The position numbers were made by a program, and so were the translations under genes. From positions 246,397 through 310,396 of IMG/VR virus record IMGVR_UViG_3300046542_000291: 64,000 nt of DNA, one strand, 5' to 3'. The notes below the pieces were generated by a model. It searched no databases. It was given only the letters and a program-made list of their open reading frames with translations, and was not told where the DNA came from. Below are positions 16,907 through 27,549 of this stretch, one piece after another; the stretch's first letter is position 1; each line of letters starts with the position of its first letter.

Positions 16907-18012
16907 GCTCTCTGATGATTAGTAGCGGTTTCAACTTCGCGCTGGATAGCAGCGAGGTGAGTGTTCAACACACGGCCGACGTACTTGATGATTGATTTGT
17001 TACCAGGCTTGGCTTGTCGTGTAACAGCCATGGCCGCATTGATTACAGCTTCGGCATTACTCACAGAAGCTTGGTCTGCAGACTTCTGGGCCTTTTCTGA
17101 AAGCACGTCAGCTGCTTCAACGACCTTCTCGACCGCTGCGGAGATAGAGTCTTCTGCTGGAGCAATCTTCTCGACCACATCGATGATCGCACCGATCCCA
17201 CCCAACAGCTTCTCCAACTCCTGACGACTACGGACAGGAAGTTCCAAGTCTTCGCCATTGGTGTCAGCGTCAACCTGAGCAACCGAATACGACAGACCGT
17301 CATCGGAGATGGCCAGCTTCATGTTACCGGGGAAGGTCACATCACTCTCACCGAGTTGGTGCAAAGGACGAGTGGACTCTTCAATGGCACTAACCATTTC
17401 TTCAGGTCCGCCATCACTTGGGACGTACACCTTGATGATGGTAGCGAGTTCAGCGTAGAACTCTTCAACCACGCTTGGGTAAGTCACAGCGCCGAATTGC
17501 GCCAGACCACCGATGGATTTCAGATCACTACGTTCGAACTTGCCATTAATAGACAGTTGGTTAACAATAGCCCCTGGGAGATGAACAGTCATCTTAGCCC
17601 CATCTGGCATTGTCTTGACTTGTTCCTGCACGCCTTGCAGTCGAGTACGCAAACCGGTAAAGCTGGTGACCAGATGACTCACTTGCTGACGGGCAATCTC
17701 AAACAACTTCTTGATCCATTCCTGGAACTGCTTCAAGGCAGCGGTGATCCGCGAACCAATGCCTTCCAATGGAACAGTCGTTGGGCTATTGCTTCTGGCC
17801 GTAGCCACAGCGAAGTCTTCTACCGAAACAGTCGAAGTAAACCCGTAGATTTTGTCGAAGCGCTGAAGGTCGGTATAAAGGAACGCAGCAGCCTGGTTGG
17901 TCAGTCCATGTTTCAGGACTTTGGAGTAAGCCTCCAGTGACGCCAACTCGCCTTCCAGCGAGATAAGTTGGTACGTGAGCTCTGCTTCACGCTTCTCAAG
18001 TTGGTGGTACAT
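16903..18012 (-). CDS. phiKZ-like internal head protein paralog
   Basis: Motif SLEAYSKVLKHGLTNQAAAFL...SVEDF; C-terminal domain similar to 12581..14113 (TFPGNMKLAISDDGLSY vs VYPGNMQLDVANDGMTY). Confidence 0.75.
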   Translation of the reverse strand: MYHQLEKREAELTYQLISLEGELASLEAYSKVLKHGLTNQAAAFLYTDLQRFDKIYGFTSTVSVEDFAVATARSNSPTTVPLEGIGSRITAALKQFQEWIKKLFEIARQQVSHLVTSFTGLRTRLQGVQEQVKTMPDGAKMTVHLPGAIVNQLSINGKFERSDLKSIGGLAQFGAVTYPSVVEEFYAELATIIKVYVPSDGGPEEMVSAIEESTRPLHQLGESDVTFPGNMKLAISDDGLSYSVAQVDADTNGEDLELPVRSRQELEKLLGGIGAIIDVVEKIAPAEDSISAAVEKVVEAADVLSEKAQKSADQASVSNAEAVINAAMAVTRQAKPGNKSIIKYVGRVLNTHLAAIQREVETATNHQRA

Positions 18013-19312
18013 TTCCGTTGCCCTTCATTTCGTCTTGAGTTGGTTTTCTCAGCGGTGGTTGATAAGCCTTCAACTCAAGCTCAGCCATGTAGGTGAGCGA
18101 ACCCAACAGCCGAAGAATCCCAGCCATTGCGTTGTTGTAGTCCGTTACCATTCTCGCTACGTTATTGATCATCAGCGTAACGCTTTGGATGATGTCCGAT
18201 ACAGCAGGTCTCCCTTTAATCTGTTTCGGCTCTTCCGTTTGTTCGTCGGTCTCAACCTTAAAGGTGCCTGCCTTCGAACGAACTTTCTCTCCAGCCATTT
18301 GCATGCGCCGTAGGGACTGAGCCAACTTGGACTCGTAACCTTTCCGGGCCTGCATCCGTTTAGAGATAGCTTGTAATTGACCCAACCGCTGACGAATGTT
18401 CGACAATGGGTCAACTTGAATTACCAGCGCTTCAGAAGGAGCTGTCTTCATCCCCGGTACGGTGTACCAACGGAAAGAGAAGTCTCTAACTGTGTTCACC
18501 AGGAAAGCCCAGTTCTTCAGTTCGTCTGTCTTGGTCTCCGTTGGACCAGAAGCGTAGATGGCTTTGTTCCCCTGCACCATTGGAGTGCGGAAGATGGGAG
18601 CACTGACACGGAAACGATCATCCTTCTCAACGGGTTCTGCTTTGGCCATCCACGAGGTAGGGGCCAATGGCGAGAAGTCCATTGCGGCTTCGTCGGTGAA
18701 CTCGTCGTCAAACGACAACTTGCTCAGGATACCCGAAACAGAGTCGATGTATTTAACGAAGACTTTATCGAAGAAAGCAAAAGCGCTAGTGCTGACGGAT
18801 ACCAAACTAGCGACATCTTTAGGTTCGTACGTTCCATCACGGTTGAACTTCTTTGGAGACTTCAGCGTGAACTCAGTCTTGTAGGGTTTGTCTTTCAGGT
18901 TCTGTACCTGCCCATAAAGCATCTGAGTGCGCTCTACGATGCGATCGGCTCCAAGGTTAATCACCCTTGCATATTCGATCGATTCGGTCTGTAGCTTCTT
19001 CAGAGCGTCTGTGGTACGTTCCCACACCTTCTTGGAGGCGTTGGAAATATCCTCCATTGAAACTTCGTTAGGTGAGATGACATCGGCATATTTACTGAGG
19101 TCATATTGGAACACACCGGCGTCTGGCTCGTAACGATGGTTCTCCAAAGTTACACCCAAAGCGAGGCTCTGGGCAATTTGACGCAGGGTTGCTTCTGTCC
19201 GCTGCTCCATTGCTTCGAATTGGGCTTCGAGCGAGACGATCATATCGACGGGCTCACACCCGTCGACTGATTGAGAGGTCTCAGGAGCATGATGACGATG
19301 AACGTCAGTCAT
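17996..19312 (-). CDS. virion/head protein (phiKZ gp92-like)
   Basis: SLE, AME and SME sites near the N-terminus; assignment by synteny. Confidence 0.6.
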   Translation of the reverse strand: MTDVHRHHAPETSQSVDGCEPVDMIVSLEAQFEAMEQRTEATLRQIAQSLALGVTLENHRYEPDAGVFQYDLSKYADVISPNEVSMEDISNASKKVWERTTDALKKLQTESIEYARVINLGADRIVERTQMLYGQVQNLKDKPYKTEFTLKSPKKFNRDGTYEPKDVASLVSVSTSAFAFFDKVFVKYIDSVSGILSKLSFDDEFTDEAAMDFSPLAPTSWMAKAEPVEKDDRFRVSAPIFRTPMVQGNKAIYASGPTETKTDELKNWAFLVNTVRDFSFRWYTVPGMKTAPSEALVIQVDPLSNIRQRLGQLQAISKRMQARKGYESKLAQSLRRMQMAGEKVRSKAGTFKVETDEQTEEPKQIKGRPAVSDIIQSVTLMINNVARMVTDYNNAMAGILRLLGSLTYMAELELKAYQPPLRKPTQDEMKGNGNVPPT

Positions 19313-19322
19313 GTAAAACTCC

Positions 19323-19844
19323 TTACTTGATGCGGATGGTCGCTTTACCGAAGAGCAGATGCAGTGTGAACATCAGGTCATCAAAGCCCTTAGGTTGCAT
19401 GCACCATTTCTGGATCATGGCCTCGGTACTGGTTTGCAGTGCCAGGGTTTTGAAGAGATCAGCGATATCACGGCGACCACCTACCAGACTGAGTCCAGCT
19501 GGGGGTTCATCCGACAACAGCATCGGCCACTGGTGAATGCTAACTTGACGACGACCAGTAGCGATGAAACGAATGGTGTCCATCAGGAACTTGTAGTTCC
19601 AATCGACGACCTGCGCATTGTTGTCCTGTAGGATGAACCAGTTGTAGTTGCCACTCAGCAAGCGCACGGCTTCCTGGATAACACGACTACGGAATTCCCA
19701 GTAGGCTGTCCGTTGTGGAAAGTTGGTGTACTCGGTGAACAGGTCTTGTACTCGTGGGTCACGTACGCTTGTGACGTAACGACGACCAGCACGGGCTTGA
19801 CCACCGGAGTACTCGGAGTTCATCTTTACCGAGTTGGTACCCAT
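19323..19844 (-). CDS. conserved hypothetical/virion protein (phiKZ gp91-like)
   Basis: GGAGG SD; operon position. Confidence 0.6.
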   Translation of the reverse strand: MGTNSVKMNSEYSGGQARAGRRYVTSVRDPRVQDLFTEYTNFPQRTAYWEFRSRVIQEAVRLLSGNYNWFILQDNNAQVVDWNYKFLMDTIRFIATGRRQVSIHQWPMLLSDEPPAGLSLVGGRRDIADLFKTLALQTSTEAMIQKWCMQPKGFDDLMFTLHLLFGKATIRIK

Positions 19845-19854
19845 GGTGGCCTCC

Positions 19855-20751
19855 TTAGGCGACGTCTAGTGCTTCAGCTTCGACCTTGGCCAGATCGAAC
19901 TCGTAGTCCGATACGCGTTTCTCGTACATCTCGATCTGCTTTTGCAGAACCGGAGAAGCCGGGCTATCAGCCAGACGCTCACGCAGTTCCAGCAAACGAT
20001 GTTGAAGAGCGTAGTACTCTTCTTGTGCAGCCTTGTACCGAGCAACACGTGCTTCGGCCAGGTACTTGCCCAACATCATGAACGGGTTCTGGTTCGGACT
20101 GAAGCCCTGCATACGCAGAGGGTCCATCCGAGCATCACCGAGGGTACGGGAAGCGATATCGAAGGTTTCCGGGTTGATCTCAGCGTTAGACGCTTGACCC
20201 AGTTTCATCTTCAACTCAGCGGCGTTCAGCGACATGGCCGGGAACAAGGTAATGAACTGTTCCATATTGCTTTCGACCCAGCTGCGTTCTGCTGGAGTCC
20301 AGCGAGACGGAGCAGCCTTACCACGAGCAGCAGTTTCCTGCGCCAGGATAAAGAGGATCAGCTTACGGCCGTAGCGGACGTAGAAGTTCAGACCGTCAAC
20401 AAACTTCAGCATGTTGGCACGGTCAACAGTCAGGCCAGCACTGGTGAACTGCAACGAAAAGAGTTTGCGAACTTGGTCTTCAACAACCGAGATGTTGGCA
20501 CGTACGTTTTCGAGCGACTTGAACAGAAGCTCCAACATGTTGCCGCGATAGGAAACAGCACGACCCATGGACTGGCTGAAACGAATCGCCAGTTGGGACT
20601 TGGTTTCCATGGCCAGAAGCACTTCACGTACTTCCGGCAGGATTGGGGACAGTGTCGAGTCGAATTCGTCCTGCAGCTCACTGATGTGACGCAACAGTTC
20701 CCGACGCTCGGTGAATGGCGCCAAGGCGCGCACGTATTCCAGGAGATTCAT
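19855..20751 (-). CDS. virion head protein (phiKZ gp90-like)
   Basis: C-terminal coiled coil; assignment by synteny. Confidence 0.6.
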   Translation of the reverse strand: MNLLEYVRALAPFTERRELLRHISELQDEFDSTLSPILPEVREVLLAMETKSQLAIRFSQSMGRAVSYRGNMLELLFKSLENVRANISVVEDQVRKLFSLQFTSAGLTVDRANMLKFVDGLNFYVRYGRKLILFILAQETAARGKAAPSRWTPAERSWVESNMEQFITLFPAMSLNAAELKMKLGQASNAEINPETFDIASRTLGDARMDPLRMQGFSPNQNPFMMLGKYLAEARVARYKAAQEEYYALQHRLLELRERLADSPASPVLQKQIEMYEKRVSDYEFDLAKVEAEALDVA

Positions 20752-20766
20752 CGTGTGGGTCCTTGA

Positions 20767-21990
20767 TTAGACGTTGGTTTGCATGGACTTGTTGAACATC
20801 TTGAACAAGTCAGTGATGTCCGGCCCTTTGGATTTCTCGGATGCTTTAACGTCAGCCAGACGGTATTTGGACTCGAGGTCCAAACCACGGTGGTAAACCG
20901 TCACGCGGTCCCAACGCTCATCAACCACAATCAGCATCAGCAGGTAGCTGTTGTCGAAGATGGCTTTACGAACAGACAGCTGTTCGATTTTGCCGTGCAG
21001 CTTGTCGGTAGCCTTACGCAGAGTCTCAGCCGAAACGATGGAGATGTTCGAAGCATCAGCCAACGATACACGACCGGTCTGGATAGCTTTACCGGTGTTG
21101 TTGCGACGACGATCGGTCACAGCCTTCAGTACACCCGACTTATCGTTCATCAGGGCTTTGAAGTGTTCATCGATCATGTCCTGACCCAGGACGAAGTCTT
21201 TCCAGAAACCAATCTGGCCAGTCTGCACCATGAAGAAGCGGTGAGCCCAGGAATCGCGACCGCCAGCCCCAAACATATGAACCAAGGAGTTCGGTGGAAC
21301 TTCAGCTGGGATCAAACGGATCAGCACAGGCAGTTTGCCTTTGGCTCCGTCTTTACCAACCAGCTCGACGTTCAACAGCTTACCAACCACGAGACTTTCG
21401 TTCTCGTAGATCTTGGTATCACCAGACGACATGCCTGCTTGAACAGGGGTCTTGTCATCTTTACCACCAGCAGGTGGGTTCGGGGTGCGGGAAACAACTT
21501 CGCCTTGAATTTCTTTGGCGTCGTCAAACGATTCCATGGCAAACAGCAAACCTGGGCGGACGCGTTGTTCGAACGCTTCCATCGAAGGCAGGCCACGGGA
21601 GTAGACGTTCGAGTTGAACATCTCACCGGAGTACATGTTCTTGGTCGGATCAGATCCACCAATACCCAGACTACGGTCCGGGTTGAGTTGGTCCAGTACC
21701 TTCAGGGTATCGATACGACCGACACCGAGGATCAGGTTTACCGCTTGCAGGTAGTAACCCGCAAACTGCGAAGCCGCCATCTTCATCAGGTCGAGCATGT
21801 AGGGTTGGCCAACCAGAGTTTGGTCGATGATTACCAATGGTTCTACACGCGCCGGGCGGGTCAGATCAGCAAGCGAGTTGATCTGCATGGAGTTTTGTAC
21901 AACGTTGAAAACGGTCTTCATCAGCGTCGCGGCAGCTTTGCCCGACGAAGATGCGGCACTGGCTGCGCCGGCTGCGGCAATTGGCAACAT
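20767..21990 (-). CDS. inner-body/head protein (phiKZ gp89-like; probable start MLPIAAAG)
   Basis: GAGG SD; internal SME/AME sites; assignment by synteny. Confidence 0.6.
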   Translation of the reverse strand: MLPIAAAGAASAASSSGKAAATLMKTVFNVVQNSMQINSLADLTRPARVEPLVIIDQTLVGQPYMLDLMKMAASQFAGYYLQAVNLILGVGRIDTLKVLDQLNPDRSLGIGGSDPTKNMYSGEMFNSNVYSRGLPSMEAFEQRVRPGLLFAMESFDDAKEIQGEVVSRTPNPPAGGKDDKTPVQAGMSSGDTKIYENESLVVGKLLNVELVGKDGAKGKLPVLIRLIPAEVPPNSLVHMFGAGGRDSWAHRFFMVQTGQIGFWKDFVLGQDMIDEHFKALMNDKSGVLKAVTDRRRNNTGKAIQTGRVSLADASNISIVSAETLRKATDKLHGKIEQLSVRKAIFDNSYLLMLIVVDERWDRVTVYHRGLDLESKYRLADVKASEKSKGPDITDLFKMFNKSMQTNV

Positions 21991-22027
21991 CTTTCTCTTC
22001 CTCAATAATTAGCAGAGCATCTAGAAA

Positions 22028-23104
22028 ATGGCTATAAATGATTATATCAATCAAATCTCACAAAACATTGGGCAGTCTAGCCGCAATGATGCGTTTAAGA
22101 ACGCAAGCCTCGGCGTTAACATCCTAGGGCGAAATGCACCCCTAAGACTCAACACTGAGAACCATGGTTATACGTTCTTTACGAAGCCACTCCTCAATTT
22201 ATCATACGATAACTGCATGGTGGACCGTCCCATGTCGATGTTGCTTCGAGAAGACCCAGATTGCATCGAACGGATGGTTCGTTCTTACCTCGATCCATGG
22301 GCCCATCGGGCAGGTCTGCAATGCAACCTCGTGGACCCACTGAGTCCATTCATTCCGTTTCTTTCCAACAACCTGATCTCTTTGAACGGGTGGGAAGACT
22401 TCTCCATTAACATGACCACCACAACCGCTGGTGTGTATCGTGACGCGATGTCTTACGTCGATGACATCCCTTACCAGTACGGCACGTTCGATTTGAACGC
22501 GACTTACCGTAACGTGGAAGGTGACCCCATCACCATGATGCACTTCATGTGGGCTCGCATGGCGGCACTGGGTAAAGAAGGTCGGACCATGCCTTACCCA
22601 GAACTCCTGCTGATGAACGAGCGGGATTACGACACACGGATCTACCGGATCATCACTGATCAGACCCGTACCTTTGTTACACGGATCTTTGCTTGTGGTG
22701 CAGCGACTCCAGTGAATGCCCCGACTGGACAGATTGCCAACTTCACAGGTGACGGTTCGGAGACAGGCTCTTCGGTTATCAGTGAACAGCTGAACTTCAG
22801 CTACCGTTGCAATGGCATGATGTCTTACGACCACATCCTGATCTTTGAATTCAACGATCTGCAACAAGACTACAACCCGATGATGAAAGACGAAGCACGT
22901 GAGACGGCGATGCATTTGCTGTTCCCGTGGGAAAAGGCTTACTTCAACTACCGGGCGTACCCTCGAATCAATCCAACCAACATGGAGTTGGAATGGTGGG
23001 TACCGAAAGGCGACTACGAAGCAATCAAGGCGGGTAACTTCAAGACGGCTCCAAAGCCGACAACTACCCAAGACCCTAACCAACCTACCGAGGCGACTCA
23101 ATGA
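22028..23104 (+). CDS. virion structural protein (phiKZ gp88-like, tail/baseplate)
   Basis: Divergent + strand gene coupled by an ATGA overlap to 23101; assignment by synteny. Confidence 0.6.
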   Translation: MAINDYINQISQNIGQSSRNDAFKNASLGVNILGRNAPLRLNTENHGYTFFTKPLLNLSYDNCMVDRPMSMLLREDPDCIERMVRSYLDPWAHRAGLQCNLVDPLSPFIPFLSNNLISLNGWEDFSINMTTTTAGVYRDAMSYVDDIPYQYGTFDLNATYRNVEGDPITMMHFMWARMAALGKEGRTMPYPELLLMNERDYDTRIYRIITDQTRTFVTRIFACGAATPVNAPTGQIANFTGDGSETGSSVISEQLNFSYRCNGMMSYDHILIFEFNDLQQDYNPMMKDEARETAMHLLFPWEKAYFNYRAYPRINPTNMELEWWVPKGDYEAIKAGNFKTAPKPTTTQDPNQPTEATQ

Positions 23105-26001
23105 GTACGTTTAAGGAAAAGCTTTACAACGTCCGGCGCAACCCGGCATTGATGCAACAGATCGCCCTGGAAGAACTGGATCAACAACTCAACGGAAAAG
23201 GCACCTACGACGTACCCGACGCAACGATCCCATTCGTGGCCTCGATGGAATGCGGTACACTCGAAACAAGTATGGCTATCGGTGAGTTCGAAGCACAGAT
23301 GCGGATGCTCTACAGCTCCCTGGCTTTGACCCCCGATGAAGTCTACCGTCACATGACGGACGACGATTTCCTGGATCGCTTCGCTACGCCCGCACAGACG
23401 ACGTTCCTGCTTTACCTTGGCTACGACGAGGTTATCTCCAAAGCAGTCGCCTACGGCAACCAGGGACAACGTAAGCTGGTGATTCCACGCCTGACTGAGT
23501 TCAGTGCAGCGGGTATCCCGTTTACCATGCAATATCCGATCGAACTGCGGGTAATGCGCCATGGTGGTTTGCAAATCGTTTACGATGGCACTGACGTTTC
23601 TCCTGTAGAAACTTTGCGCACCAACATCGTCGATTGGGACATGGTTCTACTCGGTCGGAACAAAGTCATCCGGATGCGAATCCCAGTGAAGCAATTCCGT
23701 GTGGCTTCTCACACCGAAGCCCTGTCCCCAGGCACACTGTACGAAGCCTCGTTGCCATACGAGAACAACTTCTACTTCGCTCGGGCTTACCTGAGTACAG
23801 ATAACCCAGCTTCCCCTTGGCGAGAAGTCACGACCACGCACAGTGATCAAGTCTTCGACCCGATGGACATGACGGTTGTCTTTACAGTGGCTGGAGATCG
23901 TTTGCAGGTGTCTATCCCTACAATCTATACCAACACCGGTATGGCACGGGGAACGTTGCGTGTAGACGTTTATAGCACGCTTGGTGAGATCGATCGAGCA
24001 CTGGGGGATTACAAACCGGAGCAGTTCTCTGCTTTGTTCAATGCAACCGACGATGACACGACCTATGTGTCTCCATTGAACACCTTCTCCATCAAACAAG
24101 CGTTGAACACCAACCGGGTAACCGGCGGTAGCAACTCGATTGACTTTGGCGTACTGCGTCAACGGGTCATCGACAACACCTTGGGTGACGGCGACATCCC
24201 AATCACCGGTGTACAACTCGAAGCGCGTTTGGATAAGCGTGGCTATACCCTGGTGTCGAACATCGATAACATCACCGATCGTCAGTTCCTGGCTTCTCGT
24301 CGTTTGGGTACACCTCAAGCACTGGCCGTTACTTCGGGTGCTGGTTGCGTGATGTCTCAGCTGTTGATCAACATGGCCACTGTGGCTAGCTCGGCTCACG
24401 TAGCGGACAACGGTGATCGGATCACCATCAAGCCTTCCATGCTCTACACCTTCACCAATGGTAAGGTGACCATGTTGTCCGATGCAGAGATCCTTCAGAT
24501 CAACGCCATGAACTCGGAAGGTAAGGCACGCTGGGCCAACGAGAACCGTTCGGTCTATACGCCGTTCCACTACGTCATGGACGCAACGAACAACAACTTC
24601 GACTTCCGCCCTTATTACCTGGATAACCCGGCGATTACGGAGAAGACGTTTGTGGGTGAGAACGACACAGCTGGCTTCCAAGCGGCTGTCTCTTCTTACG
24701 ACATCTCCCGTATCGAAGACGGCTACCGTGTTCGTGTTCGTTTGGATACCGGTAAGTCGTTTAAAGATTTGGGCGATGATCAAGTGGTGGTTCAGCTGGG
24801 CTATCTGCCTTTGCATGAAGAAAGCTACGCTTCGATGAACGGTACGTTGATTGGTTTGGACAATGGCGAACGTGTGTATCAGTTCGACGTCAAGACCAAC
24901 TACGACATCGATGACCTGGGTGGGTTGTACACCACGAACATGTCGATCTTCAGTGCCGACCAGTTCAACTTCCGTGCCCCACTCAACACTCACTTTGATG
25001 TGAGTATCTGCATTGTGGATGCTATCACTCCGGGCTATCAAGAGAACGCTATCGACGCAATGGTTCAGGCTCACCTGATGCCGTTGAATTGGATGGTGGT
25101 AACTCGTGAGCGTTTGGAGACTACGCTTGGTTACGACATGTCGGCTATCTGGCGCCGTAACCGTACTGTGCTGAGTGAGGAATCCTACAAGAAGTGGGAG
25201 AACAACATTCCAGCGGTGTGGGCAGACAACATCTACGAAACGGATGAGACTGGTGCCACGGTTATCACCATCGGTCCTAACGGGGAAGTCATCACCAACC
25301 TGCTGCACGCAAAGGGTAGCCCTCAGTTGACTCCGAGTGGTGATCCGATCTACGCACACTTGGCGGGTGATCCGGTAATCGTGGATGACAAGCCTGTGTT
25401 GGTTGAAGCGCGTAAGCTGTTGCGTGAAGTAACCATGCTGATGATTGAGGGTCTGTTCTACTTCGCTACGGAGAAGAACGCTGTGGCTTACCGCACCGAG
25501 ATCCCGATGTCGTTTGTATCGTGGTTGGAGTCGGACTTGCAAGAGATCGCCGACCGGTTGCTGGAGAAAGGCAAGTTGTTCCTTTACCCAACACAAACCT
25601 TCGGTGACACAGTTGTTACTGTTCGGGAAGGACAACAGGCTACCATCCGTATCGATCAGGCATTTGCAATCAGCTTCTACCTGACCCCAGCGGATTACAC
25701 CAACACCACCCTGCGTCCAGCCTTGGTCAGTAATGGCAAGGCTAACATCGATGAACGCATCAGCCGTAAGACGGTATCGCGTTCGGACATCGTGACTCGC
25801 CTGGAAGATACTTCCGGTGATGGTGTGTTGGGTCTGGAGTTCAGTGGCTTGGGTGGCAAGGAGAACTACCCAGTCCTCACAGTTGAAGACGACGCGGTAA
25901 GCCTGTCGATCCGTAAGAAGATCACCGTACTGGCTAACCAAGAACTCACTGTGGAAGACGATGTCACTACCAACTTCCTGAAACACGAAGTTTTGGATTG
26001 A
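23101..26001 (+). CDS. large virion structural protein (phiKZ gp87-like, probable baseplate wedge)
   Basis: 966-aa ORF; VTGGSNSIDFGVLRQRVI resembles the baseplate J/wedge 'GG.D.E....LR.R' motif. Confidence 0.6.
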   Translation: MSTFKEKLYNVRRNPALMQQIALEELDQQLNGKGTYDVPDATIPFVASMECGTLETSMAIGEFEAQMRMLYSSLALTPDEVYRHMTDDDFLDRFATPAQTTFLLYLGYDEVISKAVAYGNQGQRKLVIPRLTEFSAAGIPFTMQYPIELRVMRHGGLQIVYDGTDVSPVETLRTNIVDWDMVLLGRNKVIRMRIPVKQFRVASHTEALSPGTLYEASLPYENNFYFARAYLSTDNPASPWREVTTTHSDQVFDPMDMTVVFTVAGDRLQVSIPTIYTNTGMARGTLRVDVYSTLGEIDRALGDYKPEQFSALFNATDDDTTYVSPLNTFSIKQALNTNRVTGGSNSIDFGVLRQRVIDNTLGDGDIPITGVQLEARLDKRGYTLVSNIDNITDRQFLASRRLGTPQALAVTSGAGCVMSQLLINMATVASSAHVADNGDRITIKPSMLYTFTNGKVTMLSDAEILQINAMNSEGKARWANENRSVYTPFHYVMDATNNNFDFRPYYLDNPAITEKTFVGENDTAGFQAAVSSYDISRIEDGYRVRVRLDTGKSFKDLGDDQVVVQLGYLPLHEESYASMNGTLIGLDNGERVYQFDVKTNYDIDDLGGLYTTNMSIFSADQFNFRAPLNTHFDVSICIVDAITPGYQENAIDAMVQAHLMPLNWMVVTRERLETTLGYDMSAIWRRNRTVLSEESYKKWENNIPAVWADNIYETDETGATVITIGPNGEVITNLLHAKGSPQLTPSGDPIYAHLAGDPVIVDDKPVLVEARKLLREVTMLMIEGLFYFATEKNAVAYRTEIPMSFVSWLESDLQEIADRLLEKGKLFLYPTQTFGDTVVTVREGQQATIRIDQAFAISFYLTPADYTNTTLRPALVSNGKANIDERISRKTVSRSDIVTRLEDTSGDGVLGLEFSGLGGKENYPVLTVEDDAVSLSIRKKITVLANQELTVEDDVTTNFLKHEVLD

Positions 26002-26038
26002 CGGCATAAAAGCCTCCCTTCGGGGAGGCCTTATGTTG
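26002..26038. terminator. bidirectional terminator between convergent genes
   Basis: cggcataaaa-gcctccc-ttcg-gggaggc-cttatgttg. Confidence 0.85.
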
Positions 26039-26040
26039 TT

Positions 26041-27246
26041 TCACACTTTCAGCTTGGAAATCAAGTTGACTTGTTCGTTGAAGGCTTGACGCACTTCAGC
26101 CGAGGCATTGGTCTTCTTGAACTCAGCCACGAGGCGAGTCGATGCTTCGGTGTAGAACGCGTAATGTACTTTCAATGCAGCTACCTGGGAAAGCGCAGCG
26201 GAGTTCATGAAAGTGATCATGCTGTTCAGTTGGTTAACCGAGCAAGTCACGCCATCGATGACAGCTTGAACGTGGGTAACGTCACCACCGTGGTTTTCGG
26301 TCAGCTTCACGCCTTGCAGTTTACGCAGTTCGTTAGCACATTCGCCGTAAGCCTTGAACAGTGGATCGTAGTTGATGACCGCAACGCTGGTCAACCGCTT
26401 GGTGTCGTCCCACCAACCATCGCCGAGGGCATCAGTGATATAGCTGGAGAAGTCTTTGATCTCACGCATCTTCTCGGCTTGGTTAACAACCGCAGCCAGA
26501 TCGTTCGAGCCATTGGAGGCATCGTCGGATACGTTCTCGTCTTTGTCCAGGGTTTCACGCAGTACTTTGACACGCTTACCGATTTCGTCGGCGGCATCCA
26601 GTGACTTGGTGTGGATAGCCTTGAGTGCACTGACTTGATCTTTCTGGTTGAAGCCGTAGAGAGTCAGATCGGTGTTTTCCAGCTTGGCGTCGAAGATGAC
26701 TTTGGCCGAACATTCCTTCTCTTCAGATTGGAAACGAACGGTGTGAGCCAGGACGACCATTTGGTTGTAGATGGTACGGTATTCCAGGATGACTGCACGA
26801 ACCTTCTCGAGCTTGGCTTCCAAGAGAGCATGCTTGTGCTTCAGCCCGGTAACCCAACGATAGCCATCGGCTACCAGGTCAACCAGCTTACGCAACCATG
26901 CTTTGATGGTGTCGGCAATAACCTTACCGATCGACTCCAAAGAAGCCTGTCGGTTGGTAAGAGAACGTTCTTCGGTGTAAAAGCCTTGGAAGCCTTCCAT
27001 CGAGGCGCTAGGGCTGAGCACAAGGCCAGCAGCAGCGCAACGGGACTGGACAGCTACCAAAGCTTTCATGTCCTGCTGACTCACGCCATGACGGCGTACA
27101 GTGGCGGACATATCCATGAGTTCGTTGATGGCTTCAGCAGCGATGGTCAGAGCATTCACGATCCCGTCATCCAGAATGGCTTCTGGGTTCGGTTCTTCCA
27201 TGGGGAGCTCTTCCAGGAGCTGGAGGTTTTCGAGTTCTTCAGACAT
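26041..27246 (-). CDS. virion/head protein, internal-head family-like
   Basis: HGVSQQDM..., SME and SLE sites, then a KAWLRKL amphipathic helix. Confidence 0.6.
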   Translation of the reverse strand: MSEELENLQLLEELPMEEPNPEAILDDGIVNALTIAAEAINELMDMSATVRRHGVSQQDMKALVAVQSRCAAAGLVLSPSASMEGFQGFYTEERSLTNRQASLESIGKVIADTIKAWLRKLVDLVADGYRWVTGLKHKHALLEAKLEKVRAVILEYRTIYNQMVVLAHTVRFQSEEKECSAKVIFDAKLENTDLTLYGFNQKDQVSALKAIHTKSLDAADEIGKRVKVLRETLDKDENVSDDASNGSNDLAAVVNQAEKMREIKDFSSYITDALGDGWWDDTKRLTSVAVINYDPLFKAYGECANELRKLQGVKLTENHGGDVTHVQAVIDGVTCSVNQLNSMITFMNSAALSQVAALKVHYAFYTEASTRLVAEFKKTNASAEVRQAFNEQVNLISKLKV

Positions 27247-27544
27247 GACTTATTTCCTTCGGGCAGTTGGCCTCGTAAATGCGCTGACAATGTAAGTACT
27301 GTTCATAATCGATGATCTTGTCCAAGACCTTCTTTCGAGCAACAGTCCTTCCTTTAATAGGGTCGAACTGTTTATCCCAACCACAAGTGGCCGTCTCGGT
27401 AACTGTGCGCCCGTTGACTAAGCGAACGGAACACACAGTGGTACGAGTCTCTACAATGTAGCGGACTTGTTCATCGATGATCAGGCTACTCACGTACGCT
27501 TTGGTAATCCTAGGGAAACCATCGTGCGTACTATGTTCAACCAT
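27239..27544 (-). CDS. Gp49/Gp66-family phage protein
   Basis: TTVCSVRLVNGRTVTETATC...FDPIKGRTVARKKVLDKI matches the family pattern. Confidence 0.7.
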   Translation of the reverse strand: MVEHSTHDGFPRITKAYVSSLIIDEQVRYIVETRTTVCSVRLVNGRTVTETATCGWDKQFDPIKGRTVARKKVLDKIIDYEQYLHCQRIYEANCPKEISHV

Positions 27545-27549
27545 TTAAC

